This document shows, piece by piece, positions 26,883 through 40,751 of a stretch of 64,000 nt of DNA. How positions within the stretch are numbered: the stretch's first letter is position 1; every line of letters begins with the position of its first letter. Below the pieces are notes generated by a model. That model saw only the letters and a list, made by a program, of their open reading frames with translations. It had not been told where the DNA came from and did no database searches. The stretch spans positions 66,030,001-66,094,000 of the forward strand of contig OX597819.1 of NCBI GenBank assembly GCA_951406725.2. The letters run 5' to 3'. Origin of the DNA: Octopus vulgaris (lineage: Eukaryota). The translations under genes and the position numbers were made by a program.

Positions 26883-27787
26883 CATGTATGAATATATGCA
26901 TGTATGTATATAGGCAGAAATAATAATCTTTTCCACTATAGGCACAAGGCCAGAAATGTGGAGAGAGGGACATAAGTCAAATTGGCTCCAGTGCTTGTTC
27001 AACTAGTACCTATTTATAGACCCTGATAAGATGAAAGGCAATGTCAACCTCAGTGGAATTTGAACTCATAACATAAAGATGTGTGAAATGTCACTGAACA
27101 CTTTGCCCAGAGGGCTTACCATTGTGTCAGCTGAATCTATTTCTCAACGATTCAAAAACAGAACAAAGTACCAGGTAAAATCCAGTAAATATGGGAATCC
27201 ACATAGAAAGTATATTAACAAGAGGATTACAAAGAATGATAATTTTATATATAAAGGAAAATTTAATTTAAGAATCTGTTATGTGGGACCGATCAAATAG
27301 TCCCATACTTTCTAGATCAACCTGACATTTTATAGCAAATACCCATGTCACAACTCTCATTTCCTGGTTCCAAGTGCATATTTAGAGTTGATCCTTCACT
27401 CGGCCCATATTCAACACTCTCACTCAACTTGCAACAAATTTAAACATGGGCTGCAACCTTCTTCCCCATGTTTACCTTCTCCAAATGAACTTTGGAAAAT
27501 TATGATGTGTTTGGCCAAAAAGGAATGTGTCAGTCTTGGATTTTCAGTCACATCCACCGATACAACCTCTTCCAACAGAGCCAGCAGATGGAGAAAATCT
27601 GCCCTTTATTCTTGCTGGGGATAGTCTTTCCAATGGTCTCTCAGATAGCTAATCTACATGCAACAACAATTGTTTCACATTACTCCGCAACTCAGTTATA
27701 GTTCGGACATTGAACAATTGTATTCAAAATAGCTTTATTGCTCTACATGCCTCTCAGACAGGGCAGGTTGTTAGGACTTGTGCATCT

Positions 27788-28369
27788 TTAACCCTTTTGT
27801 ATTTAAAACGGCCACACCTGGTGCAGGAGTGACTGTGAATAGGCGCAGGAGTGGCTGTGTGGTAAGTAGCTTGCTTACCAGCCACACGCTTCCGGGATCA
27901 GTCCCACTATAGCCTCAGGTCGATGAAACTGAAAGAAGCCTATGATATATGTGTGTGTGTTTGTGTATCTGTGATTGTCTCCCCAACATCACTTGACAAC
28001 TGATGGTGGTGTGTTTACATCCCCGTAACTTAGCGGTTCAGCAAAATAGACCGATAGAATAAGTACTAGGCTTACAAAGAATAAGTCCTGGGGTCGATTT
28101 GCTCAACTAAAGACGGTGCTCCAGTATGGCCACAGTCAAATGACTGAAACAAGTAAGAGCAAAAAGTATACCTGGCCCAAATATTCTACTTGTTTTGTGT
28201 TCAAACTAAGTGGATTCAGCCTCTCACACCTATCCTACAATGTCATTCTAAAAATAAGCAATCCCATCATCAAAATTTCAAAGCCACGAGATGATGCATG
28301 ATAAATTCAAAACAATGTGACTAAACAAACATTACATTTGACAGAGAAATCTGAATGCTAAAGTGTTAA
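27788..28369 (+). mobile_element. second TTAA-CCC MITE family copy, split by a SINE (27821-28170)
   Basis: Starts TTAACCCTTTT and ends AAAGTGTTAA. The internal CTCTCACACCTATCCTACAATGTCATTCT is shared with copies at ~1935-2125 (-), 32605-32745 and 34017-34986. Confidence 0.7.
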
Positions 28370-28579
28370 ACTTCATCTCAGACCAATAATACCCACTTGT
28401 AGTTCTACCATGCAAAGAATTCCTAGAAGTTATCACGAGTTCCTGGGCTAAAAGTTCTTTGGAATAACCCAGAGTTTCTTCTAAGGCCTCATTGCTTTCA
28501 TCTGCCATGAATCCTCTATAATAAATTATAATATATTTTTGTATAATAGAAATTACATAAGTTGTAGAATAATATGCCA

Positions 28580-28852
28580 ATGGGCATATGGCGTAGAGGT
28601 TAAGAGTACAGGCTACTAACCCCAAGATTCCGAGTTCGATTCCAAGCAGTGACCTGAATAATAATAATAATAATAATAATTATAATTAAAATCATAATGA
28701 TAATAATAATGAAAAATACCTTAGGAATGAAAACCAAGGTTCAGAATTTCCCCAAGACGCCTAATGAATGCTGGAGGGTATATCAGCTGAAATGTTGTGT
28801 TAACAAAAAACAAGATGAAGACAAATATCCATCAAATGTAAATAATAATTAT
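28580..28852 (+). mobile_element. tRNA-headed, hammerhead-bearing SINE-like element, copy 2
   Basis: Same tRNA-like head (TGGCGTAGAGG; GAGTTCGATTCC), (AAT)n linker, degenerate core CTAATGA at 28761, same 3' body. Confidence 0.8.
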
Positions 28853-28984
28853 GTTGAAATATTTCATTTCATATTATATGTTTGCTGTATACATGTACAA
28901 TATAACAATTATTGTTTTAACATTTCCATGCACACACACACACACATCCTTTTATGTAAGGTTATACACACACATATATATATT

Positions 28985-29347
28985 GAGAGGCGGTTGGATT
29001 GAACTTATACTCGCCTCCTTATGATAGCTCAAAATCTCTCGTGGAAGCGTCATCCAACCAAAGTACAAATATATGGGAAACTACCACCTGTATCATCTCT
29101 TGTGAAAAGTTGAAGAGTCCAGTTTGCTGGACATTGTTGTAGAGCTGAAAACGAGGTAATATCTACTCTTCCCCTCTGGAAGCCATCTGCTCGCGATACC
29201 AGAGGGCACACACTCTCCCACCCTGATGTAATCTCCAGGGATACAGGCATCCAGCAACAGGACCTCTGTAATGCTATGATGGACCATGAAGTCTGGCGTA
29301 ACATAGTAAATTCCATTGTCTCGACCACAGTCGAACAATGATGATGA
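28985..29347 (+). mobile_element. 3' fragment of a second RTE-like LINE family
   Basis: Translates as TYTRLLMIAQNLSWKRHPTK...RVQFAGHCCR...DVISRDTG...WRNIV with in-frame stops; ends in a (TGA)n tail. Confidence 0.7.
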
Positions 29348-29568
29348 TATATATATATATATATACATTTTAACGTTAAGTTCAAGGATTACTCAATGCT
29401 ATTCAGCAAAATGCCATTTGAGGGTAGATGACAGGAAGAACATCTACTTGTAGAAAGTCTGCCTCAGCAAAGTTTGTCTGAGTCATGCAAGCATAGAACA
29501 TAGATATTAAAATGATGATGATGGCAACAATGATGATACATGCATGCATACACTGTTATCTACCACCC

Positions 29569-29603
<35 letters not shown>

Positions 29604-29905
29604 TATGTCCCATGCTGGCATGAGTTAGACATATGCACACTCTCACAGATGCATTTATACACAAACATATTTTTATATGCAAATATTTAAGTTAGTGTGT
29701 GTGTGTGTGTCTGTGTGTTTTCATGAGACTATGGTTGCATGTGTTTGTATGAATCAACTGACATTAGAATTCAACAGATGACATGGTTTGGCTGCAACCC
29801 AGCTCTGTATATGATGGCTGCATTGCATGTGTTCATATGCAATGCATATGAGCACAGTTGGCTGCCGCATTCAGGCTTCACATATGCCAATTATCGCTGG
29901 GCCTT

Positions 29906-29937
<32 letters not shown>

Positions 29938-30360
29938 TGAATGTCTGCTGTTTCACTCTTGTACATTCATAGGTCTGAACACTTAGGCCTACATATCCAA
30001 ACCTACATATCTCTGTGTATGTATGTGTCTATTTATATACTTGTACACACACAGATATACACATGAATAACTGTATGTGTGAGTATGTATGCATGTGAAT
30101 ATGTGTCTATGTGTGTATGTATAGATATGCACATATGTGTGTGTGTATGTATCTACATATATATACATGTGCATATATGTGTGTCTATGTATGTGTGAGT
30201 GTATATATGTGTATGAATATGTGTATGTATAGATATGCACATATGTGTGTGTATCTATATATATATATATATATGCATGTGTATGTATAGATATGTACAT
30301 ATGTGTGTGTGTATCTAAATATATATATATATATATACATACATGTGTGTGTGTATATGC

Positions 30361-30391
<31 letters not shown>

Positions 30392-31230
30392 TGCCTATGT
30401 GCATACACATCTATTAAACTGCACATGTTCACATGCAAGCATGTATGCATAAATATAATACATTTTCAATACATGAACAATATACATTATGCATCTCTAT
30501 ACGTAACTGCTTAGAATATACACTTTGCATTTTGTACATAGACACACAAAATATATATTATATATCTGAGTATATAGTTTCATAAATACATAGAACGTAT
30601 ACTCTACTTTTGTGTACATAAATCCGTTAAATATATATTGTGTATCAATGCATCTGTGTAAATATCCATAAACATGCACGTTTGTGCATGTATATGCATG
30701 TTTAGATATATACGTATATGCATTTATATATTGTAATTACTTGTCTATGTATGTGTACATGCAGATGCAGATAAGCATACGTGTGTATACATACACACAA
30801 ATTCATGTATATACATGCTCGTTGATCTCAGATGATTACAATGTGTCACCAAGTAAGCCATGAGTAATCACTCTTCAAGATCTGAAGCTGGTCATTCCGG
30901 TTCAAATCATGAGTCCAGCTGATTCAGTTTAATTCTTTTGTTACCATGTTCTTACTGAAATCTAATGAACTTTTTTTCAGTCTATTTTGAGAATAATAAG
31001 GTGCAGACTTGGTTGTGCAATTAAGAAGATTGTTTCCCTAGCACATCGTTTTGGGTTCAGTCCCACTGTATGATTCCTTCAACTTGTGTGTTTCACTATA
31101 GCCTCTGACCTATCAAAACATTGTGAGTGGATTTCATTGGTGGAAACTGGTAAAGACCCATTGTGTGTGTATATGTATACACCAACACACACACACAAGC
31201 ATACACACATGATATATGTAGATATAAGCA

Positions 31231-31612
31231 TAGGCGTGGCTGTGTTGTAAGTAGCTTGCTTACAAAGCACATGGTTCTAGGTTCAGTCCCACTACATTGC
31301 ACCTTGAGCAGGTGTCTTCTACTATAGCTTTGGGCCAACCAAAGCCTTGGGAGTGGATTTGGTAGACGGAAGCTGAAAGAAGCCCATCGTCTCTCTCTCT
31401 ATATATATATGTTGTGTGTCTGTGTTTGTCACACCAGTATCACTTGACAACTGATGCTGGTGTGTTTACGTCCCCGTAACCTAGCGGTTCAGCAAAAGAG
31501 ACCAATAGAATAAGTACCAGTCTTACAAAGAATAAGTCCAGGGGTCAATTTGTTTGACTAAAGGTGGTACTCCAGCATGGCTGCAGTCAAATGACTAAAA
31601 CAAGTAAAAGAT
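31231..31612 (+). mobile_element. SINE family A, full-length copy
   Basis: Complete head, CORE-like box, short internal (CT)(TA) tract and 3' tail AAACAAGTAAAAG. Confidence 0.85.
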
Positions 31613-32840
31613 TATATACGTGAATGTGACTTTGTATATATGTATATATATTCCTGCCACCTTGTCAAGGCATCATGTGATCATCTTTTCTTTTCTTTCT
31701 AACCTTTTTCTTGTTCCACTCATTGGATAGCAGCCATGCTGGGGCACTGCTTTAAAGAATTTTAGTCAAATGAATCTTATCCCTGAACTTATTTTTTTAA
31801 AATCTGGTATATACTCTATCAGGCTCTTTTGCCAAACTCCTAAGTCACAGGGATGTAAACAGTGGTTATCAAGCTGTGGGAGCGAATATAGACAAAAAGA
31901 CACACACACATACACACACACACATATATATAATGTACTACATGACAGGCTTCTTTCATTTTCCATCTACCTAATTCATGCACAAGGATTTGCTCAGCAC
32001 AAGAAGATACTTGTATAGGTACCATGCAATGGGACTGAACCCAGAGCCATGTGGATAGGAAGCAAGCTCCTTACTGCACAGCCACACCTGTGAAAACATG
32101 AAATAATACACTATTTTACTCTTTTACTTGTTTCAGTCATTTGACTGTGGCCATGGTGGAGTACTGCCTTTGGTCGAGCAAATCGACCCCAAGACTTATT
32201 CTTTGTAAGCCTAGTACTTATTCTATCGGTCTCTTTTGCCGAACCTCTAAGTTACGGGGACGTAAACACACCACCATTGGTTGTCAAGCAATGTTGGGGG
32301 GACAAACACAGACACACAAACATATATACACATATATATGATGGCCTTCTCTCAATTTTCTTTACCAAATCCCCTCACAAGGCTTTGGTTGGCCTGAGGC
32401 TATAGTAGAAGATACTTGCCCAAAGTGTTATGCAATGGGAATGAACCCAGAACCATGTGGTTGGTAAGCAAGCTACTTACCACGCAGCCACTCCTGTGCC
32501 TGTTTGGAAAAGTTAAGAGTTGGTGACAGGAAGAGCATCAAACCATAGAAAATCTACCTCAATAAAGCTCAGCTTGACCCATGAAGGCATGGTAAAGTGA
32601 ATGTCAAGCCTTCAGCATTTAGACTGGCCACATCTGGCCCAAATATTCTACTTGTATTAAGTTCAAACACATTATCTCAAACCTCTCACACCTATCCTAC
32701 ATTATTCTAAAAAAATAAGCAATCACATTGTCAAAATCTTGAAAGTTTAAAAGGACAATGATGAAGAAGTTAGTAAGATTACTTTGATCTTATTAGAACA
32801 TAAATTAACAAGAAATTTTGATGGAACAATTTAATTTAGA

Positions 32841-33160
32841 TTACATTATTTACATTTGACGGATATTTGTCTTCATCTTGTTTGTTGTTAACACAATGTT
32901 TCGGCTGATATACCCTCCAAGCCTTCATCAGGTGTCTTGGGGAAATTTCAAACCTGGGTTCTCATTCCCAAGGTATTTTTCGATGTTGTTATTAGTATTA
33001 TTTTTCATGTCACTGCCTGGAATCAAACTCAGAATCTTGGGGTTAGTAGCCTGTGCTCTTAACCACTACGCCATATGCCTGTGGAGTATATATATGCTGA
33101 AACGTTGTGTTAACAACAAACAAGATGAGGACAAATATCCGTCAAATGTAAATAATGTAA
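32841..33160 (-). mobile_element. hammerhead-bearing SINE-like element, copy 3 (full copy on -, plus an inverted 3' fragment on + at 33085-33160)
   Basis: Minus strand 32936->32890 reads GACAC CTGATGA A GGCT..AGCC GAAACATT GTGTT. The tRNA head is at 33010-33080 (-). Confidence 0.85.
32890..32936 (-). ncRNA. minimal type I hammerhead ribozyme motif
   Basis: Minus strand: GACAC CUGAUGA A GGCU UGGAGGGUAUAUC AGCC GAAACAUU GUGUU. The helix III CpG is mutated. Confidence 0.5.
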
Positions 33161-33444
33161 ATGTTCTCTTTTCTTCCACACTCTTGGGTCCTGTTATTCT
33201 AGAAAACCCACACCCGAAATTCTTCCTCAGAAGTTCCCTTTTCTTGTCACATTCTGTCTCACAGGGGTTGTTTTATAGATGTTCAAACTGATGTAGGTTC
33301 ACCTCACAAATTGTCAGGGGTCATTGTGTTGTCATGACCACTGGCTCTTTCTCTCTGAAGAAGCCCTTGAAATTCATAAAAGTCATACAAACATTGTTTG
33401 GGGATATTCATGGTGCAAGGACATAAAACCTCACTTTCATGTGA

Positions 33445-33745
33445 GCAGCAGCAGTAGTATCAATAGTAGTAGTAGTAGTAGTAATATTGGTTGTGGTGGT
33501 GGTGATGGTAGGAGGGGTTAGTCTCACTGGTGGTTGTGGTAGTAATAGCGATAGCAGTATGTGGAAAGGTGGTAATAGTATTAGTAGATGTGGTGGTAAT
33601 GGTGGTAGTAGAGTTGGTGTTAGTAGTAGTAGTAGGTATTGTTGCAGCAGCACTACTACTGGTAACGGTTGTGGTGGTAGTAGCTGTAGTGGTCATGGAG
33701 GACATGGTAGCAATAGTCATTAGTTGTGATTGTCATGGTTAGCAT
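33445..33745. repeat. (GGT/AGT)n low-complexity triplet tract
   Basis: Mixed GGT/AGT/GTA repeats. Similar tracts at 1-110, 370-410 and 25700-25990. Confidence 0.7.
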
Positions 33746-33801
33746 AGTCATTTTATTTGTATATAATTAAAGATTTTCTTTTTATTTTACATTTCATATT
33801 T

Positions 33802-33853
33802 TACTAATTTTTTCTTTTGTTTTCTTTTTTTTTTTCTCTATTTCCCTTGACAG
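33802..33853 (+). promoter_or_regulatory. candidate 3' splice acceptor (non-coding exon start at 33854)
   Basis: TACTAAT (33802-08), ~40-nt pyrimidine tract, then GACAG ending 33853. No convincing donor found downstream. Confidence 0.4.
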
Positions 33854-35638
33854 TTGATAAAATAGTTGTCATTGAAGTGATTATCTCTCTTGATTATCGT
33901 ATTCCATCATACACAATAGCTTTGAGCTAAGTGTTCAAAACAACAACAAAATGGAAATTTTTTTTTTATCTATCCTCCGCCTCTTCCTCATTATCATCAC
34001 CATCATCATTGTTGCTTTAACTCTTTAGGATATGAACTGGCCATATCCTGCCCAAAAATTCCACTTTGCTCTCTCTTCAAACCTGCCAAATCTGGCCTCT
34101 TACACATACCCTATTATGTCATCTAAAGAGTAACAAATATAGATGCAGGAGTGGCTGTGTGGTAAATAGCTTACCAGCCACATGTAGTAAGTAGCATACC
34201 AACCACTGGGTTCTGTGTTCAATCCCACTGTGTGGGACCTTCGGCAAGTGTCTTCTACTATAGGCTCAGGCCAACCAAAGCCATGTGAGTGGATTTGGTT
34301 GACAGAAACTGAAAGAAGTCTGTCGTATATATATGGAGGAGTACCCCTTCAGTCACGGATGAGTGTGGGATTGCACGTAGAAACTTACCCTCTGAGGCAC
34401 AAACCTGGGGAATGTTGTTTATGGAAGACCAGCATTGGCCCATGCATACCAGCCTCCCCTCTCCATGCCACCAGTGTTATCCTAGGGAAAGGCAAAGGCC
34501 GATACAGCTTGGCACCGGTGATGTCGCAACTCATTTCTACAGCTGAGTGAACTAGAGAAACGTGAAATAAAATGTCTTGCTCAAGAACACAACACACAGC
34601 CCAGTCCGGGAATAGAACTCACAACCTCATGATCATAAGCTCAACGCTCTAAACACTGAGCCATGCACCTTCATATATGCATATGTTTGTCTGTGTTTCT
34701 CTTCCCACAATCGCCTGATAACCAATGTTGGTGTGTTTACATCCCTGTAACTTAGCAGTTCAGCAAAAGAGACTGATAGAATAGGTACTAGGCTTACTAA
34801 GAATAAGTCCTGGAGTCGATTTGTTCAACTAAAGGTGGTGCTCCAGCATGGCTGCTGTCAAATGACTGAAACAAATAGAAAACATAAATCATCATAATCT
34901 CAAATGTACACGATTGATTAATTGAAAAACAATGTGAATAAACAAGCTTTGCATTTGGTAGAATAATTTGAATGCTTAAGGGTTAATGCCCATGTTTCTG
35001 TATTTTCTTGGGTTCTGTTCTACAGCTGGATGTCCTTCCTGTCAACAACACTCAGCTGTTTCCAAATGAGGTAATAATTTCTCTGTAGTCAGACATGTTT
35101 TTATAGAGAACTAGAAGGAACACTGCTTGTATAATGGGGATGTTCATTTACATCTATTGTTCCCTGTCAAGACACGGAGACCCAAGCACACTCATACCCT
35201 TGCACACATACACTGATCATTAAACAAAGGGTCATTTTCATAGCATTTTTGTTTGTCTTAATAACTGACGAGATGCCAGAGCAGATTTCCGCCCCGACAT
35301 CTGAATCTTGGACCTTTATTATGGCAACCAAATAATTGTCATATATTATATTACAGATAAATTCTTCTATTAACATAATTTCTAGGTCTCTTTCATTCTT
35401 TTCTTGTCTTACTATTAATATATATATATATATATATATACATTTTCTATTCTTTCATTTGTTTCGATCATTTGACTGCAGCCATGCTGGAGCACCACCT
35501 TTTTCGTCGACTAAGTCAACCACAAGACTTATTCTTTGTAAGCCTAGTACTTATTCTATCAGTCTTGTTTGCCAAACTACTAAGTTATGTGGATGTAAAC
35601 ACACCAACATAGGTTTCAAGCGATGATGAGGAGGAGGA

Positions 35639-35694
<56 letters not shown>

Positions 35695-36459
35695 CGATGG
35701 ACTTCTTTCAGCTTCCATCTAGCAAATCCACTTGCAAGGCTTTGATTGGCCTTAGGCTATAGTAGTAGACACTTGCCCAATGTGCTACGCAACGGGACTG
35801 AAGCTGGAACCATGTGGTTTGTAAGCAAGCTACTTAACACACAGCCACTCCTGCGTCTATAGATATATCATCATATATCATATCTTCTTTTTTTTTCTAC
35901 CCTTTAACGTCCACTTTCCATGCTGGCATGGGTTAGATGGTTTGACTGGGGACATGGCAAGACAGGAGGCTGCACCAGGCTCCAATCTGATCTGACAAGG
36001 TTTCTGCAGCTTGATGACTTTCCTAACGCCAACAAGTCCAAGAGTGTAGTAGGTGCTTTTTACATACTGGTCAACTCATAAGGCTTTTATTGGCCTGTGG
36101 CTATAGCAGATACTCTTGCTCAAGAAGCTATTAACTGGGACTGAACCTGGAACCATGTGGTTGGGAAGCAAGCTTCTTACCACACAGCCACTCCTGCAGC
36201 TATATATATACACACACACACGCACACACACATATACATATATTATCCATTTTTGCTAATATACCTATAACTGGTTCTGTGCTCACTTATAGCTTAGTTT
36301 TTGTAAACATGTATATATGTGTGTATGTGTATGGGCATGTATATATATATGTGTATGTGCATGCATGTGTGTGTGTATGTGCATGTATGTATGTATGTGT
36401 GTGTGTGTGTGACTCACATACACATGTATAAGCACATTTACGCAAACACACACTTGTAT

Positions 36460-36660
36460 GTATGATGTATTTGATGACCCTTCAAAAATATAAAGGAATC
36501 TCCAAGTTTCGACAGCCAATTGCCATCATCTGACAATCTGCCATCCATTCTCCTAGAATACATGGCAGCTTCTTTCTGTTGGTTGCTCTCCTTTGGCACT
36601 AATACCACTGGACCACTCAACCTTAAATGTACCATATTAACCCTGCTCACTTCTATTGCA
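36460..36660. repeat. low-copy dispersed repeat, second copy at ~43911-44085
   Basis: Shared GACCCTTCA.AAATA.AAAGGAAT...AAGTTTCGACAGCCAATTGCCA.CATCTGACAATCTGCCAT...CTCAACCTTAAATGTAC. Confidence 0.7.
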
Positions 36661-36841
36661 AACATTTCATTGCAATGTTTGCAATGTGTGTGTGTCTGAG
36701 AGTACATACCTATACACACACACGCGCACACAGATATATAGACTTGTGTGTATGTGTGTGTGAGAGAGAGAGTACATAGATATATATACACACACACATA
36801 TATATACATGTGTGTGTGTGTGTGTGTGTGCGAGTACATAG

Positions 36842-36894
<53 letters not shown>

Positions 36895-36960
36895 CATATG
36901 AGTACATAGATATATGTGTGTGTGTGATAGAATACATATGTGTGTGTGTTTGTGCAAGGG

Positions 36961-37003
<43 letters not shown>

Positions 37004-37706
37004 GTGTGTGCACATGTGTGAGAGGACATAGATATATATATATTATATACACATACATATACATGTGTGTGTGTATAAAAGTGGTGCTTGTCAGTGTGTG
37101 TAATTATGAAGTCTGCGTCTCAATCATGTAGCCTCAACAGTGGTCACTATGCACAGTACAATCTATGGTCAGTGTGTGCTCTGTGACTAAAATCTCTGTG
37201 GATGGGGAAATGTGCTGAAGCCCGTGAAAAGAATTATATGAGTGTGTTGTCATCATTTAACATCCACTTTCCATGGCGGCATGGTCTGGACGGTTTGACA
37301 TGGAGGTGGCTAGCAGGGAGCCGTCCAGAATCCAGCTGTCTGTTGTGTCATGGTTTCTATGGTTGGATGGTTTTCCTGATGCCAACCACTTAACTGAATA
37401 TGCTGAATGTACTTCTTACGTGCCACAAGCACGGGTGCATTGCTGTAACACTGGCGTGCATGTGAGTGTGTGTATGTGTATTCTTTTGTTCTTTTCACTG
37501 CTTCAGTCATTTCGTCACGACCATGCTGGAGCTCTGCCTTTAGTCAAACGAATCAATCCCAGAACTTATTCTTTGTAAGTGTTGTACTTATTCTATCGGT
37601 CACTTTTGCTGAACCGCTTAGGTAAGGGGATGTAAACATACAAACATCGGTTGTCAAATGATGGAGGTGAGGACAAACACAGAGACCCTAACGTATACAT
37701 ATATGT

Positions 37707-37737
<31 letters not shown>

Positions 37738-37738
<1 letters not shown>

Positions 37739-38110
37739 CGTGGCACTCCGTCGGTTACAATGACGAGGGTTCCATTTGATCCAATGAATGGCACAACCTG
37801 CTTGCAAAATTAACATGCAACTGGCTGAGCACTCCACAGACACATGTACCCTTAATGTAGTTCTTGGGGCCATTTAATGTGACACAGAGTGCAACAAGTC
37901 TGACCCTTTGAAATACAAAAAACAGCAGAAACAGGAAGAAAGAAAGTTGTAGTGAAAGATTACAGCAGGGTTTGCCATCACCCCCATGCCAGAGCCTCAT
38001 GGAGCTTTAGGTGTTTTCGCTCAATAAACACAACGCTCGGTCTGGGAATTTAAACCGCGTTCCTATGACTGTGAGTCTGCTGCCCTCACCACTGGGCCAT
38101 TGCACCTCTA
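37738..38110 (-). mobile_element. SINE family D, nested in a family A copy (37495-38322)
   Basis: GTGGCACTCCGTCGGTTAC...GTGACACAGAGTG... with a tRNA-like head on the minus strand. Related copies at 10457-10775, 48100-48280, 34336-34672 and 53030-53285. Confidence 0.7.
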
Positions 38111-39429
38111 CACACACAGCAGACATGCGCACATATATATATATACACACACACACACACAACGGGCTTCTTTTAGTTTCCCTCTATGAAATCCTCTCAC
38201 AAAGCTTTGGTCGACTCGTGGCTATAGTAGAAGGATCTTGACCAAGGTGGCATGCTGTGGGACTGAACTCAGAACCATGAGGTTGGAAAGCACTCTTCTT
38301 ACCATGCAGCCACACCTGTGCCTATATATATGATATATATATTTGTTTTTGAGAGAGAGAAAGAGCCTGGTCATGTAGTTAAGATGCTCTTTTTGCATCC
38401 ACATTGTTATGGGTTCAGTCCCACTGTACAGCACCTTAGGTGAGTTTATTTTTCTGTAGGCTTGACCCAACAGGGACCTTGTGATGGAAACCTGTGCTGG
38501 CGACAGGTAAAAGCACCCATTACACTCTCTAAGTGGTTAGCATTAGGAAGGACACCCAGCCATATAAACCATGCCAAATCAGACTGGAGTCTGGTACAGC
38601 CTTGCAGCTTGCCAGCCCTGGTCAAACTGTCCAACCCATGCTAGCATGAACAACAGACGTTAAATGATGATGATGATGGAACTTTGTGGAAGCCCATTGT
38701 GTATCTGTGTGTCCAAAGAGGAAGCAAAAATTCATGGAGAGCTTTTATATGATATCTTTGGAATAACTCTTTGATAGCAACCAATACTTTCATATGATCA
38801 TTTCGACAGGAATTGAGAAACTATCATTAATTGTTCATAAGTCAAAAATTAAAGATTTTAAGAAAGTAAATTACGAAATGAAAAGGCAGCTTCAATAGGC
38901 ATCATTGCAACCACGTGGTTTTCAGTTCAGTCTCATTGCAAGGTACCTTGGGTGAATGTCCTATAGCTCCAGATGGACCACATCTTTGTGAGCAGACTTG
39001 GTAGATAGAAAGTGAAAGAAACCCATTGTGTGTGTGTGTGAATGTGTACTCGCCACACTCAAACACATGACAGGCTTCTTGAAAGGGTTGCAGCATATTT
39101 GACCATTTTTCTTGATGCCTTCACCCAAATGAGATTTTAAATTCACAAGACTCACCAATAATTTATCAATAAAGCCCATCTTTAATATCAATCCAGCAAG
39201 ATTCAATAGTAATTACATAAAATGCCTGCTGATCAATTCTGTATTTTGTTAAAGTATATTGAAAATAATATTTTTAGCATATCAATTTTGGAAAATTGAT
39301 TTCCTTACAATCAATCAGCTATCTGCTCCTTTCCCCATCCCCATGACTTATATTGAATATTTTTATCATTTAAGGAATCTTAAACCTCTTGCTGTGTTTT
39401 GATTTTGTTTTAACAAACAATTAATTTCT

Positions 39430-39870
39430 CCCACTTATTCTTCCAACCATTTTCTGTACCTACTATTCCAGAGAAGATTGTAGAGGTAGAGTCGTCAAGC
39501 TCCTCTTTGATAGGGTGCTGTCGGAAGTAACTATCATTATACTTTCCTGCTGGATTCTCAGTCTTGACCAGCTGAGATTATGGATGTTATTGGTCTAACC
39601 CTTGGTCTCATTTTTGGTCTGCCTCTTGGTCTCTTGCTGATTGTCTCATCTTGAAGAATCTGTCTTGTAATCCTTTCCTGTTACATTCTAGTCAAATGAA
39701 TTTTAAAAGCCCCCTCACTGAGCAGGTGGGAAGCATCCCTATCTAGAGAAACTCATTGACCTTGAAGTCATGCAACTTGTTGAGTAATGTTATTCTAGAG
39801 ATCTTTCATGGCTGAGTATTCCAATGACACTTGATGTCATCAAAATTCTCATTTAGTATCAGTATGACAC
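39430..39870 (-). pseudogene. degraded RTE-like LINE 3' fragment
   Basis: Minus strand retains KRPRGRPK and ISAGQD remnants; heavily decayed. Confidence 0.4.
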
Positions 39871-40751
39871 TGTGTTTGTGCTTATCAATTACAGTTATAA
39901 TCCATCCACCACCACCACCATCATCATCGTTTAACGTCAACTTTCCAAGCTGACATGTGTTCAATGGTTAGACTGGAAACTGGTAAACTGAGGGGCTGCA
40001 CTAGGTTCCAATTGGATTTGAACCAGATTTCTACAGCTGGATGCCCTTCTTAATGCCAACCACTCTGAGAATGTAGTGGGTGCATTTTAAGTGACAACGG
40101 CATGAGTGCCATTGACCTGACACCAGAATCAGTCATGACTACTGTTACACTTGGCTTGATAGGACAACACAAGCATGGTATATCACCAAGGGTCTTTGTC
40201 ATGTGTCACTGCCTCCATGAGATCCATGATTGAGTGGTGCTTTTTACGTGCTACCTGCACAGGTGCCAGTCAGATGGTACTGGCATTGGCCACAACTACG
40301 ACTATTTCTCTTACGAATTTCACAAGGGTGGGCTGACTCAAAAGTATAGACGTAAAAATTTGTTTCTTCTGGATGCTATGCTGTGGAATTGAAACCCTGC
40401 TCTCTTTGTTACAGAGCAAACATTTTTTATGTAAATTTGCTAATTCTATCAGTCTCTTTTGTTCAGCTGCTAATTTACAGGGACAAAAAATCCAATTGTC
40501 AAATGGTGGTGGGCTACAAAGACATACATACACACACATATGAATACAACAGGCTTCTTTCAGTTTCCATCAACCAGATCCATTTACGAGGCTTTGGTTC
40601 GCCTGAGGTTATAATAAGACACTTGCTGAAGGCACCACACAGAGGGACTGACTCCAGAACCATGTGGTTGGGGAGAAAGCTGATCTTTCTCTTTACATAT
40701 ACATGCATGTATAAATGTGTGTGTGTGTCTGTGTGTGTAAATATATATATA

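Noticed and set aside
27380-27790. Possible decayed retroelement ORF on the minus strand
   Set aside because: Coding-like composition, but no motif I could assign with confidence.
28582-28656. tRNA gene (ACT anticodon-like loop)
   Set aside because: It is the head of a multi-copy SINE-like element; the acceptor stem does not pair properly and copies are diverged.
38430-38447. AG|GTGAGT (and AG|GTAAGT on the minus strand at ~44413-44430) as further recursive splice sites
   Set aside because: Mutated SINE A motif (CCTTGGGCAAGT) with no polypyrimidine tract or branch point.
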